From NCBI GenBank assembly GCA_963755715.1, contig CAVWLW010000069.1:64001-128000 (forward strand): DNA of 64,000 nucleotides, read 5' to 3'. A model generated the notes under the pieces. It ran no database searches. It worked only from the letters and a program-made list of their open reading frames with translations, and had not been told where the DNA came from. The DNA is from an uncultured delta proteobacterium (GTDB taxonomy: Bacteria; Desulfobacterota; Binatia; UBA9968). Shown here one piece after another: positions 19,678-31,147 of this stretch. The translations under genes were made by a program, and so were the position numbers. Every line of letters starts with the position of its first letter. Positions within the stretch are counted from its first letter, which is position 1.

Positions 19678-21129
19678 ACGCTCAAGACCTGGAGAATCTC
19701 ACCATCGCGGGTCTCGCGGCGGAAATCAAGAATCGAAGCATTTCTCCCGTCGAAGTGACGCGCCTTTTCTTGGAACGCATCGAACGGATCAACCCGATAC
19801 TCAATGCTTACGTGACCGTCAACGCGGACATCGCTCTCACCGAAGCTAAAAGAGCGGAAACTGAAATCTGCGCAAGGCCGCTATCGCGGCCCGCTCCACG
19901 GCATTCCCTTTTCCATCAAGGACAACATTGCGACGAAAGGCATCAGAACCACGGCCGGTTCGAAGATTTTGGACGACTGGAAACCGGACTTTGACGCCAC
20001 GGTCGTAGCCAAGCTCAAAGAAGCCGGCGCGATCATTCTCGGCAAAACCAATCTCCACGAATGGGCACTCGGCGGCACGACTATCAATCCGTTCTACGGC
20101 ACGACGCGTAATCCCTGGGATGGGAACCGGATCGCCGGCGGCTCCAGCGGAGGGTCGGGCGCGGCAGTGGCGGCAAGCCTGTCTCTGGGTTCCATCGGAA
20201 CAGACAGCGCGCAGTCGGTAAGAAATCCCGGCTCCATGTGCGGCATTATCGGACTCAAACCGACCTACGGCAGAATCAGTCAGTACGGCACAGTGCCGGG
20301 AACCGGCGCTTATTCGTGTAATCACACCGGTGTCATGACTAAGAACGTCGAAGACGCCGCGATCGTGCTACAAGCCGTCGCGGGTCACGATCCACGCGAC
20401 CCGCTGAGCGCCGACAAACCAGTGGCGAATTATCGCGATAGTCTAGGCCATGACGTCAAGCACATGCGCGTGGGAATTCTCCATGGCTATTTCGAAAAGG
20501 ACATGGCGGAAGAAGTAAAAGAAAAATTCTCCCATGCCGTGGCGGTGTTGAGGCGCCTCGGCATGGAGACCGAAGACGTCACGATACCTCACATGGATCT
20601 CATACCGGCGGTGAAAGTCTGCACCAGTCGAGTGGAAAATTCTTCAGCCCACGACCGCAATCTCAGGACCCGCCCGCGCGACTATAGCAAACAAACTCTG
20701 TATGCCTACCTTTCGGCGCTCCTCGTTCCAGCATCTGCTTATCTCATGGCGCAAAGGGTGCGGCGCATCATTTGCGAGGAATTTCGCGAGCTGCTCGCGC
20801 GCGTGCAGATTCTCGCGCTTCCGACCGTTCCGTTCACCGTTCCCACCATCGAGGAGTGTAACGCCGGTTGGTTAAATATCGATGGCAAAAAAATCCGCCG
20901 CCAAGACGAGCGCGGCGGCGCAGACAGTTTGTGCGCGATTCCGTTTAACGTCACGGGATTGCCGGCGATGAGCATCCCATGTGGCTTTGCCGAAGCGGGC
21001 ACGCCCATCGGCATGCAACTCGCCGCCGGCCCGTTCCAAGAAGAACTTATTTTGCGTGTTGCCCATGCCTACGAGCAGGCAACGGAGTGGCACCAGCGAA
21101 AACCAAAAATTGCCGTAGAACAAAGGTGA
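19674..21129 (+). CDS. Amidase signature family protein (GatA/AtzE-like); one extra base near 19868
   Basis: GPLHGIPFSIKD after correction, GKTNLHE, TRNPWD, GGSSGGS, GTDSAQSVRNP, GLKPTYGR, PFNVTGLPA. Confidence 0.9.
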
Positions 21130-21438
21130 CTATTCGCGCCACATAAGATCTAGCCGCAAAGCTTGTCCTGAGCGAATGCCAAGGAACTTGAATCACGCAA
21201 AGAACCTAACGCGGCAGAGCCGCAACCAATGGAGAAAAGCAGGATTCACCGCAAAGGCACGAGTTCGCCGAGTTCGGAGTGTTTCTTTATTAAAAACTCA
21301 TGGCTCCTCCGCGGTGGGTTCTCTTTTAGAACGCGACAATCAGAATAGCGACTGGGAAATTCGCGCGAGCCGCGAAAATTCTAAACATTCATATTGTAAG
21401 AATTCGTGCCGTCGTAACTTCTTGGCGCGGTTTTAGTC

Positions 21439-22462
21439 TTACTTCAGCACGTCTTTTAACTTCGCCAGGATCTGTGGGTTAGTCTTGAAAAGTGCGGCGA
21501 CGATTTTTTCCAGCTCTTCACCGGACACCGGATCGACCTCGAGTTTTGACTTATCCGCTTCGGCGAGAAAGGCCGGATCTTTGAGTGTGCGAATAAAAGC
21601 CTCGCGCATGGTGCGCACGTGTTCTTTCGGCGTCCGCGGCGGCATGACGAACGGTCTCGCGATATCGGCCGCGTCATGAATGCCGACTTGAATGAGCTGG
21701 CGCGCTTCATCGGTTTTGGCGTAGTTGATCGCCAACGGCACCTTGGGCAAATCAGGATGCGGCTTCGAGAGCGCTTGCAGAACCACATTGACGTTTCCCG
21801 ACTCGAGCCCTTTCGTCCAGGTCGATTTGATCGCCTCCCAGCTCCAGCACGCGCCCGCCAGCTCGCCGCTTTCAGCCGCTAGCCGAATATCCGCGGTCCC
21901 TTTGTAACCCAGCACCAATTGGATCGGCAGACCGAGAGCGACCTGCAAGATTCTTGGCACGTCGACAATCGGCCCGGAACCCGTGCCACCGAGTTTCACC
22001 GGCGCTTTCGCCGTCTGCCAGCTCTCCATGCTCGTAACGCCGCTCGCTTTGGTGAGCGCGCAAGCGGTTTTTTCCGGAATCGGCGAGCCGACGAATTCAT
22101 ACTTGGTGGCTTCGAACTCCGCGCCGGGACGGCCGAGCAATTGCTGCATAAAAAGACTGCCGACAAAGTGACCCAGCGTCAGCCCGTCGGGTTTCGCCAC
22201 TTTGTAAACGTGATTCGCCGAGATCATGCTGCCGGCGCCCGGCATGTTGTCGACGACGAATGACGGATTGCCCGGAATATATTTACCCATGTGGCGCGCC
22301 ATGGCGCGCGCATAGATATCGAAGCCGCCGCCGGCAGAAAGACCGACGATGATGTGCACCGTCTTGCCTCGATAATACTCCTGCTCGCTGGCACTAACGG
22401 GCCCGACCCAAAGAGCAGCCGTGATCAACACTCCTGAAACTCGCCAAAAGCTAAAGCACCAT
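21439..22462 (-). CDS. Third TctC/Bug family substrate-binding protein
   Basis: YYRGKTVHIIVG, GGGFDIYAR, NMPGAGS, KPDGLT. Probable start ATG 22462 after GGAGG needs removal of one base near 22453. Confidence 0.87.
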
Positions 22463-22713
22463 GTTTTTCCTCCACCATGTCGGCGTTCAGCAAAACCCCG
22501 CACGCGGGACAGTAGATTTTTTCAAACACGTAACGACCTTCGAGAACCGTCATGAGCGGTCCGGCCTGGGTCGGCGCAAACGTCTTCCTGCGCGCCGCTG
22601 CTTTCCAATCTTGACCCAGCTCGCAGAGCCGATGGCCGCAGTGATTGCAGCGAATCCATTTGCCCGTCGGGCGCGATTTCGACCTCGAGGTTTTCGCGGA
22701 ACGGATGGCTCAC
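22451..22713 (-). CDS. Acetone carboxylase gamma-subunit-like zinc protein (hidden; one extra base near 22664)
   Basis: GTG at 22713 reads MSHPFRENLEVEIAPDG|KWIRCNHCGHRLCELGQDWK...YVFEKIYCPACGVLL; end at 22451 or 22425 depending on a second indel. Confidence 0.75.
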
Positions 22714-24543
22714 CGGCCTTCCTCGATTTCCTGCTTGCGCATCTGCGCTCGGAGCCGGCGCGTCGCTTCGAACTCGACCTGCAAGCCGTTGCTCGTTTAT
22801 CACCACGCCATAAATCTGGCGCGCCGCATCCCGCGAAACGATCGAGTTCTCGACATCGTTTCGCACCAGCACCGGATCTCTTTCCAGCGGATCTCCATAA
22901 CCGCCGCCACTGGCCACTCGCATATAAAGCACGTCAGTTTGTTTGAGCTCGAAGTTACAGTAAGGCAGTATCTTTTCGTGACCGCCCAGCGCGGCCATGC
23001 CGGTCGGCGGCACATTCTGCGCCATCAAATCCTGAATCTTGGTGTCTTCCATCAGCATCATGACGCTTGGCGCGCCCGGATAACCGCCGAACATGCCATG
23101 GCCGGAATTTTCCAACCCCGCCACACCGTAGGCGACGCCGCGGATCTTGCCTTCGGGAGCGTCATGGAGCGTATGCGCCGATTCGACGCCGACGCCGCCG
23201 CGGAATTTTCCCGCGCCGGTGCTATCGAGCGCGTGGCGCCGAAACAGATACAGCAACGGATACTGCAATTCCATCCACTCGACGTTGGGACAGCTCATGT
23301 AGCTGCCGCCGGAATCGACGCCGTCGCGGTCGATGCGCGCGCCGTTGCCGTCCATGGCGCCGTGCGCCATGTTGATGAATGCAGAGTAGCGGCGATACTG
23401 ATTCACGCCCGAATGGCGGCAGTTTCGGTGGCTGGCGCTCGGCGCGACAATTTCTTTGCGCCACCTTTCACTGGTGGCGACCATTTGCATCAATACCGAG
23501 CTGGCGAGAAAACCGACGCCGAAGCCGGACGAAGTTGTGCTCATCGAAATCGGCGCGGGATACTGGACATTGACCAGCGTTGCCGGCGGGGCAATCACCT
23601 CCATCGGCTTGATCACGCCCTGATTCTTCGGCAAATCGTAGGCGATCGAGTAAAGAATCGCGCCGAAGCAAAAGCCGAAGGTGCCGTGAAACGGCAGATT
23701 GATCCCTTTGCGCACCTGAGGATCAGTCCCCGTGAAATCGAAAATCAAGCGGTCGTCTTGCTTGCGCAACGTCAAGCTAAGCCGGCATGGGCCGTCGGCC
23801 TCGATGGTCAGCTTTTCATGCCACTCGCCGTCCGGTATTTCGCTCAGCCGCTTGCGTAACACGGTCTCGGTGTAATGAATCATCTCGGCCGAGACGCTGT
23901 TCATCAACTCCGGTCCATACTGGCGGTACATGTCATGAAGCCGCGCCTTGGCGACATTGTTGGCGGCAATCTCGCATTTGAGATCCAGCGCCACGGCCTC
24001 GGGCTGCCGGGTCATGTGGGTGATCGTATCGAAGACATCCCGGCGCAATTTGCCTCGCTCCACGAGCTTGATGCCGGGAATCCTAAATCCTTCCTGGAAG
24101 ATTTCGGTGGCGTCCGGCGAATCACCGCCGGGCGTGATGGCGCCGACGTCGCTCACGTGAACGAACGTCGCGCTCCAGCCGACCAGCGCGTTCTGGTAAT
24201 GAATCGGCGCGACAATATAAACATCGGGGTTGTGGATCGCCGCGAGATAAGGATCATTGAGCAGAAAAACGTCGTCGGGAAATATTTCCTCTTTGCCGAA
24301 GCGCTCGAGGATGCGCTTCACCGCGAACCCGGCGCACACCACGTGATGGCCGTAGGTCTCGCCGGCGGCCATGATCTCGCCATCGGGCCGGTAGAGCGAC
24401 GCGTTGTAGTCGTGCTGTTGCGTCGTCGTCACCGTGCCGCCGGTGCGCTCCAAAGCGATGCCCATTTCACGGGTCACTTGGTGCAGCCTGTGCGACAGGA
24501 CTTCAAAGGTGATCGGGTCGATGTTGCCGTTGAGCATAGTCAC
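22710..24543 (-). CDS. Hydantoinase B/oxoprolinase family subunit; one extra base near 22790
   Basis: DPITFEV, LLNDPY, HNPD, HVSDVG, EIFQEG, GAGKFRGG, GGGYGDPLERD, ARQIYGVV. Corrected end is VEFEATRRLRAQMRKQEIEEGR* with GTGA overlap at 22710-22713. Confidence 0.9.
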
Positions 24544-26642
24544 TCCCGAATATACATTCGGATATTATAATATTCGTCGACGACGGCACGATCGTTGGGA
24601 TTAATCACGACGGTGGTGATCGGCGTCTCGATGATGGCCGGACCGGAAATCTCGCTGCCCGGCGATAAACGGCTATAGTCATAGATTTTCGTCTCGACGA
24701 AGTCACGCGGTTCCTCGAAATAAACTTTTCGATCGGCTTTGCGCGCCGCCTCCGCCTGATTCACTTTCATCGGATGTCTTTTCAATTTCGGTCTGCTGAG
24801 CTCGCCGATGGCGACTACTCGAAAGGCCATGATCTCTTTCCCCGCCTCGCGGTAGCCTGCGCCGGGACCATAGGTGAGCTCGTACAATTCATCGAACTGC
24901 CGGTAAATCGTCTCGAGATCCTGCTCCGAGAGCGGCGCGATGCCGGGCGCGAAGGCAACATTGAGCTCATGAACCTGTTGGCGGTAGCGCATGTCCAGGC
25001 TTCGGACAATTTTCATTTGGCCGTCTGCGAATCCCGCGGCCCGCAAACTGCCCATGGCGCGCTCGACTAGTCCAGTGAAGTTGGTGCGAACATGATTGAT
25101 GTCTGCCGGCACCGAAAGGCGCTCGGATCGGCCGTAATTATAAACAACGTCCGAACTCACCAACCCGGCTGCGCCGTGCACTGAGGCGGTGAGCGGCACT
25201 ACCACTTCTTTGATGCCCAGCTCCGCGGCGTACCGGCCTGCGTGAACCGGCGCGGCGCCGCCAAAGGCAAATAGCGTGAATTCCCGCGGATCGTAGCCGC
25301 GCTCGACTGTTGCGCGGCGGATAAGATCGCTCATGTGCGAATTGGTAATCCGGTAGATGCCGCTCGCCGCCTCCGCGACGGTCATATTCATGGGTCGGGC
25401 GATTTTTTCTTTTAAGGCTTCGAGCGCCGGCGCTTTTGTCAACTTCATTCGGCCGCCCAGAAAACAATCTTCGTTGAGATAACCAAGGATCAGATCCGCA
25501 TCGGAGACGGTCACTTCGCTGCCGCCCATGCCGTAACAAATCGGCCCGGGGCTCGAGCCCGCGCCCTGCGGCCCGACTTTGAGCAGTCCGGTTTCCGGAT
25601 CGATCCAGACGATGCTCCCGCCACCCGCGCCGATCGACTCGACCCAAATTTTGGAAAGGAATAATTGATAGCGCATGAAGATCGGCTTGTGATCCATCTC
25701 GACCGCGCCGTCGCGAATCACCCCGACCTTGAATGTCGTTCCGCCCATGTCCGTCGCCAAAACATCCGCGACCCCGAGTTCAGCGCCGATGAAGCGACTG
25801 CCGATGATTCCCGAGGCCGGACCGGATTCGATCGTGCCGACGGCGTTCTTACACGTATCGTTAATCCCGAGAACCCCGCCGTAAGCTTGCATGACGAGCG
25901 GCTCACGGACCAAACCTTTGGAGCGCAAAAGCTCACCCAAGCCCCGGAGATAGGCAGCGATCTTCGGCCCGACGTAGGCGTTGAAGACGGTCGTCGCCGT
26001 GCGCTCGTATTCGCCGAGGAACGGCGCCACTTCGCTCGAAAGACTCAAATAGATGGATGGATAATTTTCTCTGATGAAGTCGGCCAATGCCCGCTCATGC
26101 GCGTCGTTCGTAAGCGACCACAAGAGCGCGATGGCGATTGACTCGGCGCCGCGGCCGATAAGCGAGCGCACCGACCGGGCAATTTCTTCGGCCTCCAAGT
26201 GGATTAAAACAGAGCCCTTGTAGTCGATGCGTTCGCCGACTTCTTCAATCAAGGATCGCGGCACGATCGGATCAGGCTTGCTTTGCGTCGACGCGCGGAA
26301 GGCATCGCTTTCGGTCAGTCCTTCCGTGGTCCTGCCGCGCATGATCAGCAACGTGTCGCCGAACCCCTGGGTCGTCAGCAGTCCGGTTCTTGGACCTGCG
26401 CGGGTAATCAGCGTGTTGTCGGCCACAGTGCAGGCGTGGAAAAAAAATTGGGTCGCGCTCAGGAGCTCGTTTTCACCGCCAAGGCCGAGATTGCGCGCCG
26501 CATCGCCCACCGCGTCGAGCGCGCCCACGGCAAAGTCATTGGGAGTCGACAGCGCCTTGCCCAAAGTGACCGTGCCATCTTCATCCATTGCCACGCAGTC
26601 GGTAAACGTTCCGCCGATATCGACACCCACGATGTATTTCAT
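24540..26642 (-). CDS. Hydantoinase A/oxoprolinase family ATP-binding subunit
   Basis: GVDIGGTFTD, EYERTATTVFNAY, ESGPASG, DMGGTT, IGAGGGSI, VGPQGAG, FGGAAPVH, DMRYRQQVHEL, GPAIIE. Confidence 0.93.
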   Translation of the reverse strand: MKYIVGVDIGGTFTDCVAMDEDGTVTLGKALSTPNDFAVGALDAVGDAARNLGLGGENELLSATQFFFHACTVADNTLITRAGPRTGLLTTQGFGDTLLIMRGRTTEGLTESDAFRASTQSKPDPIVPRSLIEEVGERIDYKGSVLIHLEAEEIARSVRSLIGRGAESIAIALLWSLTNDAHERALADFIRENYPSIYLSLSSEVAPFLGEYERTATTVFNAYVGPKIAAYLRGLGELLRSKGLVREPLVMQAYGGVLGINDTCKNAVGTIESGPASGIIGSRFIGAELGVADVLATDMGGTTFKVGVIRDGAVEMDHKPIFMRYQLFLSKIWVESIGAGGGSIVWIDPETGLLKVGPQGAGSSPGPICYGMGGSEVTVSDADLILGYLNEDCFLGGRMKLTKAPALEALKEKIARPMNMTVAEAASGIYRITNSHMSDLIRRATVERGYDPREFTLFAFGGAAPVHAGRYAAELGIKEVVVPLTASVHGAAGLVSSDVVYNYGRSERLSVPADINHVRTNFTGLVERAMGSLRAAGFADGQMKIVRSLDMRYRQQVHELNVAFAPGIAPLSEQDLETIYRQFDELYELTYGPGAGYREAGKEIMAFRVVAIGELSRPKLKRHPMKVNQAEAARKADRKVYFEEPRDFVETKIYDYSRLSPGSEISGPAIIETPITTVVINPNDRAVVDEYYNIRMYIRE

Positions 26643-26780
26643 GATGTTGCCCTGAACGCTTGTACCATCCTTGCGGCGAGGAATTCAAAACAGTGACGGA
26701 GCGGAGAGAAGCTGATGGAGTTGGACCGATATAGACTGCGAAACTAATACGGCGCTTCGATTTCCGAATGAATCGCGCGT

Positions 26781-27605
26781 CTAAACCTGCTGCACTTCCA
26801 GATACAGCAGACTGTGATCCGAGTAGTCTTTGATCCACTTGTCTTTTGCCGCCGCGGTCGTTTGATTGGTCCAGCCGCGCACGTCGACTTCGGCTTTCGT
26901 AGCGTCGGGGCGAGCGAACACCGTAAACTTCAGATGATTCGAAGCATAGACATGATCGAGACTGCTGTCGGGTATCGACGAGCCGGAGCCGTTGGACCAA
27001 GAAGCGTCATGAGTTTTGACGAGCCGGCGCATATCGTAAAATTGAGTGGCGCGAAGGTCCCACTTCTTGAGCTCCGTCAACGGATCGATGGCTTTTTGAT
27101 AAGGATAATCGAGGCCCATCGTATTCAGGTCGCCGAGAAATAGATAATTGGCTTTGCCGCCGGCTGCGGCGTCGAGAGTCTTGCGAAACTTGATCGCGCG
27201 TATGGCCATGTCGTCGCGCAGGCCGAAACCGCGCGGTTCGTTGCTGCTCGCCAGATGGAGAAAAAGCACGCAATAGGACTTACTCGCCACCGTGACCGTG
27301 GCGAGTAGCCCAGGTCGCATCGACGTGGTGCCCGATTTGAATTCCAGCTTCTGCGTGAAAAAAGCCGAGAGCGAGGCGCGTACGCCGACGAGAATCTCCT
27401 GGGTTTCCTGGCCCTCGGTAATCTGAAACGTGTAACCGGGAAATTTCGCCGTGACGCTGGCAAAAACCTCTTTGCTTTCGACTTCGTAAAGCGCCAACAT
27501 GTCGGGATTCTGCGCCGCTACGAAATCGATAACGCGATCGACGCGGGTCGGATCCTGTTTGAAGTGTTCGACGTTCCACGACGCAATCGAAAAGGCTTTT
27601 GCCAT
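26781..27605 (-). CDS. Endonuclease/exonuclease/phosphatase family protein
   Basis: SWNV, LYEV, HL, GDLN, LDH and SDH motifs. Confidence 0.85.
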   Translation of the reverse strand: MAKAFSIASWNVEHFKQDPTRVDRVIDFVAAQNPDMLALYEVESKEVFASVTAKFPGYTFQITEGQETQEILVGVRASLSAFFTQKLEFKSGTTSMRPGLLATVTVASKSYCVLFLHLASSNEPRGFGLRDDMAIRAIKFRKTLDAAAGGKANYLFLGDLNTMGLDYPYQKAIDPLTELKKWDLRATQFYDMRRLVKTHDASWSNGSGSSIPDSSLDHVYASNHLKFTVFARPDATKAEVDVRGWTNQTTAAAKDKWIKDYSDHSLLYLEVQQV

Positions 27606-27676
27606 TGAAGATTCCCCCGGTGGAGAACAATTAGCACAATCGGAGTGATGAAAACCGCCGGCGGGCTTCGCGAGCT

Positions 27677-28423
27677 CTAGATCATAACCGTTCCGCAGTT
27701 GATATTATAGGTCTGGCCGGTAATGTAGGCCGCCGCGTCGCTGGCGAGAAAGAGAATCGGCCCGGCGATATCTTCAGGCTCCAAGACATGGCCGAGCGGT
27801 GTCGCGCGCAGGCGCGCCATCGTTTCCTCTTCCGAGCGATGGCGCCGCGGCATATCGGTGTTGGCCGAGCCGGGACAAATCGCGTTGACGGTGATCCCGT
27901 CGGGACCGAGCTCACGCGCCAGCGCTTTTACGAAGCCGATGATCGCCGCTTTCGACGCCGCATAGTCGGCAAACTCACGCGCGCCGTTATGGGCGATCGA
28001 AGACGCGATGCTGATGATGCGCCCGCTTTTCTGCCGGCGCATGGCGGGAACGAAGGCGCGGGCGCAGAGAAAGTTGCCGCCGAGATTGATGTCGAGTGTG
28101 CGATCCCAGTCTTCCTCGGTCTTATCGACCACCGGCGCTTTGAGGTAGACGCCGGCGTCGTTGACCAAAATATCGATCCGGCCAAAGCGCTCGAAAGTTC
28201 GTTCGGCGAGCCGCTGGACTGACTGCTCGCTGGCGACGTTTACGTCGAGCGCGAGCGCTTCGGCTCCGAGAGCGCGCAGCTCAGCTGCCACAGTTTCGGC
28301 TTTTTCCGCTTGTAGATCGGCGACGATCACTTTCGCGCCTTCCCGCCCCATGCCGAGCGCGATGGCGCGGCCGATGCCTTGAGCTCCGCCGGTGATCAGC
28401 GCTACTTTGTCTTGTAATCGCAT
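27677..28423 (-). CDS. Short-chain dehydrogenase/reductase (FabG-like)
   Basis: TGGAQGIG, YAASK, VNAICPG. Confidence 0.92.
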   Translation of the reverse strand: MRLQDKVALITGGAQGIGRAIALGMGREGAKVIVADLQAEKAETVAAELRALGAEALALDVNVASEQSVQRLAERTFERFGRIDILVNDAGVYLKAPVVDKTEEDWDRTLDINLGGNFLCARAFVPAMRRQKSGRIISIASSIAHNGAREFADYAASKAAIIGFVKALARELGPDGITVNAICPGSANTDMPRRHRSEEETMARLRATPLGHVLEPEDIAGPILFLASDAAAYITGQTYNINCGTVMI

Positions 28424-28491
28424 CGATTGGTTCCTATCTCAAAAGTTTTTTGCAATGAATCAGCGCTAGAAACCACTCGCCACGTGGCACA

Positions 28492-28522
28492 AAGAAAGAT
28501 TTCTCCCTTCGGTCGAAATGAC
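28492..28522. repeat. REP-like palindrome, same family as 18604-18675
   Basis: Reverse complement reads TGTCATTTCGACCGAAGGGAGAAATCTTTCTT, matching TGTCATTTCGAGCGGAGCGAGAAATCTTTCTT at 18644-18675. Confidence 0.7.
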
Positions 28523-28618
28523 AACGTGCGGCCTTTGCGCTCTCTGCGGTGATTTTCGAGTCCGATTCCGCTCTCGTTTGTAATCTATGTCTCCTTTGTG
28601 GTGAATTTCTCTTTCCCG

Positions 28619-29356
28619 CTAGACCAAGCCGCCGTTGCAATGAAACAATTGCCCGGTAATCGCCGCGCTCTCGGGCGTCGTCAGGAAATAGTACAACTCA
28701 GCGAGATCTTCGGGCCGGCCGGTGCGTCCGAGCGGGATCGCCGAATACCAGCGTTGCTGGCGTGCTTCGGGAGTCTCTTTTTCCATGACCCGCGGCGTAT
28801 CGGTTGGACCGGGCGCGACAGTGTTGACGCGAATCCCGTCAGGAGCAAGCTCCAAAGCCAAGCTCTTGGTGAACGCAATGATGCCGGCTTTAGCAGCAGA
28901 ATACGGAGCCCGCAGCGCTGAACCGGTGACGCCGTAGTTCGACGCGGTATTGAGAATTCGTCCGCTTTTTTGTTTCTGCATGATCGGCGCCACCTCGCGA
29001 CACATCAAGAAAGTGCCCTTCAAATTGGTGTCGATGACCAGCTTCCACTCGGCCCAAGTGAAATCCTCGATGCGCTTGGTATAGAAACTGCCGCCGGCGA
29101 TGTTCGCCAGCACGTCGATGCGGCCGAAGCGTTGCGCCGCCTCGCCCACCGCCGCCTTGACTTCGCGCGCCATCGTCACGTCGAGCGAAAGGGCGGCGGC
29201 CTTACCGCCGGCTTCTTCGATCTCGGCGCGCACTTGCTCCGCCGCGGCGTGCTCGTAATCCGCCACGACGACGGTCATTCCGCCCGCAGCCATTCGCTGC
29301 GCCACCGCCCGGCCGATGCCGTTTCCGCCACCTGTGATCAATGCCACTGGATTCAA
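28619..29356 (-). CDS. Short-chain dehydrogenase/reductase
   Basis: TGGGNGIG, YSAAK, VNTVAPG; TTG start overlaps the stop of the ligase gene. Confidence 0.9.
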   Translation of the reverse strand: MNPVALITGGGNGIGRAVAQRMAAGGMTVVVADYEHAAAEQVRAEIEEAGGKAAALSLDVTMAREVKAAVGEAAQRFGRIDVLANIAGGSFYTKRIEDFTWAEWKLVIDTNLKGTFLMCREVAPIMQKQKSGRILNTASNYGVTGSALRAPYSAAKAGIIAFTKSLALELAPDGIRVNTVAPGPTDTPRVMEKETPEARQQRWYSAIPLGRTGRPEDLAELYYFLTTPESAAITGQLFHCNGGLV

Positions 29357-31147
29357 AGCTGGACCTCCCTCGCCGGAGACAAATAAATTTCATCGATTTC
29401 CTTTTGATAGCGCTGCGCGACTTCTTTGCGATCGACTTTGATTTTCTGAAAGACATTGACGCCGCGCACTTCTGGGGGAAAATCGTCCTTCATGACGACA
29501 AACTTGTGAATTTTCTCGTAGTGCTCCAGCCGCGCGTTGAGCTGCTCGATCCGACTTTGCAGCACGGCTTGCGATATCGGCGTCGGTCAGGGCGGATTCG
29601 CCGAGTCCGAGAGACTCGGCGATGCGTCTGCGTTCGGGCACGAGGAGCACGGCGATAAAGGGTCGATGGTCGCCGAGCAAGACCGCTTGACGGATAAACG
29701 GCTCGTTTTCCAACTGCAGCTCGATGAACGCCGGGTAAATGCTCGATCCGTCCGCGCAATAAAAAATGTCCTTTTTCCGGCCAATGACTCTGAGCGAGCC
29801 GTCGGGCTCAAGGGCGCCCAAGTCGCCCGTGTGGTACCAGCCGTCCGGGTCGAAAACCTCCCGTGTCGCCTCGGGATTCTCAAAATAACCGGGCGAAACC
29901 GTGGGGCCGCGCACGAGGATTTCAGTGTCCGCGGCGATGCGAACTTCGACGTTGGGAAAGGGCTTGCCCAAATTGCCCGGCCGGTTCTCGCCGATGCCGC
30001 AGAGCGTCACACCGCCGCACTCGGTCGAACCGTAGGCGCCGATCAGCGGGATGCCGATCAATTCGAAAAAGCGCATGATCCGCGGCGGCATCGCCGCGCC
30101 GCTGTATGAGATATACTTGATGCGGCCGCCGAGCGCTTTGTGCGCGGTCTTTTTCAGTTCGCTCACGAGCACGTCGAACTTTTCGCGGTCGGCGGCGCCG
30201 AGCCCGTCGGCGCTATTTTTCCGATCGAGCGTCTCGATCATTTCCCAGCGCTGGCGGTTGCCCTCCTGATCGAGCAGGTCGTTCCAGATCCGTTGCATCA
30301 CTCGCGGCACCATCGCCATCGCGGTGCCCGCCAGAGACTCGACCACTTTCAAGTCGAGATCCATCTCCGTCGCTTTGATGATTGCCGTAGTCCGGCCCGT
30401 CACGGCGCTCTTGAGAAAACCAAAGCGCCCAAGCAAATGGTTGAGGCTGAGCACGATGACGAACAAGTCGTCGGGCCGACTGACGATGATCTCGCCGCCG
30501 TTGGTGATGTTCGAGAGCAAGTTATCCTGCGTGCGCATGACGCCTTTTGGTTCGCCGGTCGAACCCGAGGTGTACATAATCGTCGCCAGATCATGCGCGT
30601 GCACTGATTCGAGAATATTCGCCAAGCGCTCGGCGCTGCTGCGCCGGCCTCTTTCAACCAGCTCAGCGAAGCCAATCGTACGCGGCAGATGGGCGCTGCT
30701 TTCTTCCATGACGAAGATATGCGCCAGGGCGGGAAGTTGCCCTTGCAGGTTGAGCAGACGGCCGACAGCCGACGCATTTTCAACAAACGCCGCCCGGCAT
30801 TTCGCGTGGGCGAGCACTTTCAGGAGCATGCTGTCGGACAAGGCCGGCGCAATAACCACGTTCGGGAACCCGCCGGCCAAGGTCGCTAAATCGGCGCACG
30901 CCCGCTGAAGACTGTTTTCGCCGATAATGGCAATGGACTCGCCTCCCGCTAGACCAAGACCGTACAGCGCCAGGAGAATGTTTCGCACCAGGGAGCCAAA
31001 GTCGCGCCAGGAAATCTCCTCCCACCTGCTACCATTTTGAAGCTTCATGAACGTCCGCGCACTGAGCTCTTCGACCCGCCGAAAAAAAATCTCACCGATA
31101 TGGCGTCCATTCGCTGAGGAGTGAAGTTGGACGGTCGGCGCGTTCAT
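29353..31147 (-). CDS. AMP-dependent long-chain acyl-CoA synthetase-like ligase; one extra base near 29570
   Basis: MYTSGSTGEPKGV, AYGSTE, GWYHTGDLG, GRKKD; joins ORF 29353-29565. Confidence 0.88.

Noticed and set aside
19501-21129. gatC-gatA of the tRNA-dependent amidotransferase
   Set aside because: No gatB follows, and GatA-specific motifs are altered (HEWALGG rather than DEFAMGS; SAQS rather than TGGS).
21130-21438. ORF 21176-21436 or a structured ncRNA between convergent genes
   Set aside because: No protein motifs or RBS; the region looks like a patchwork of degenerate palindromic repeats.
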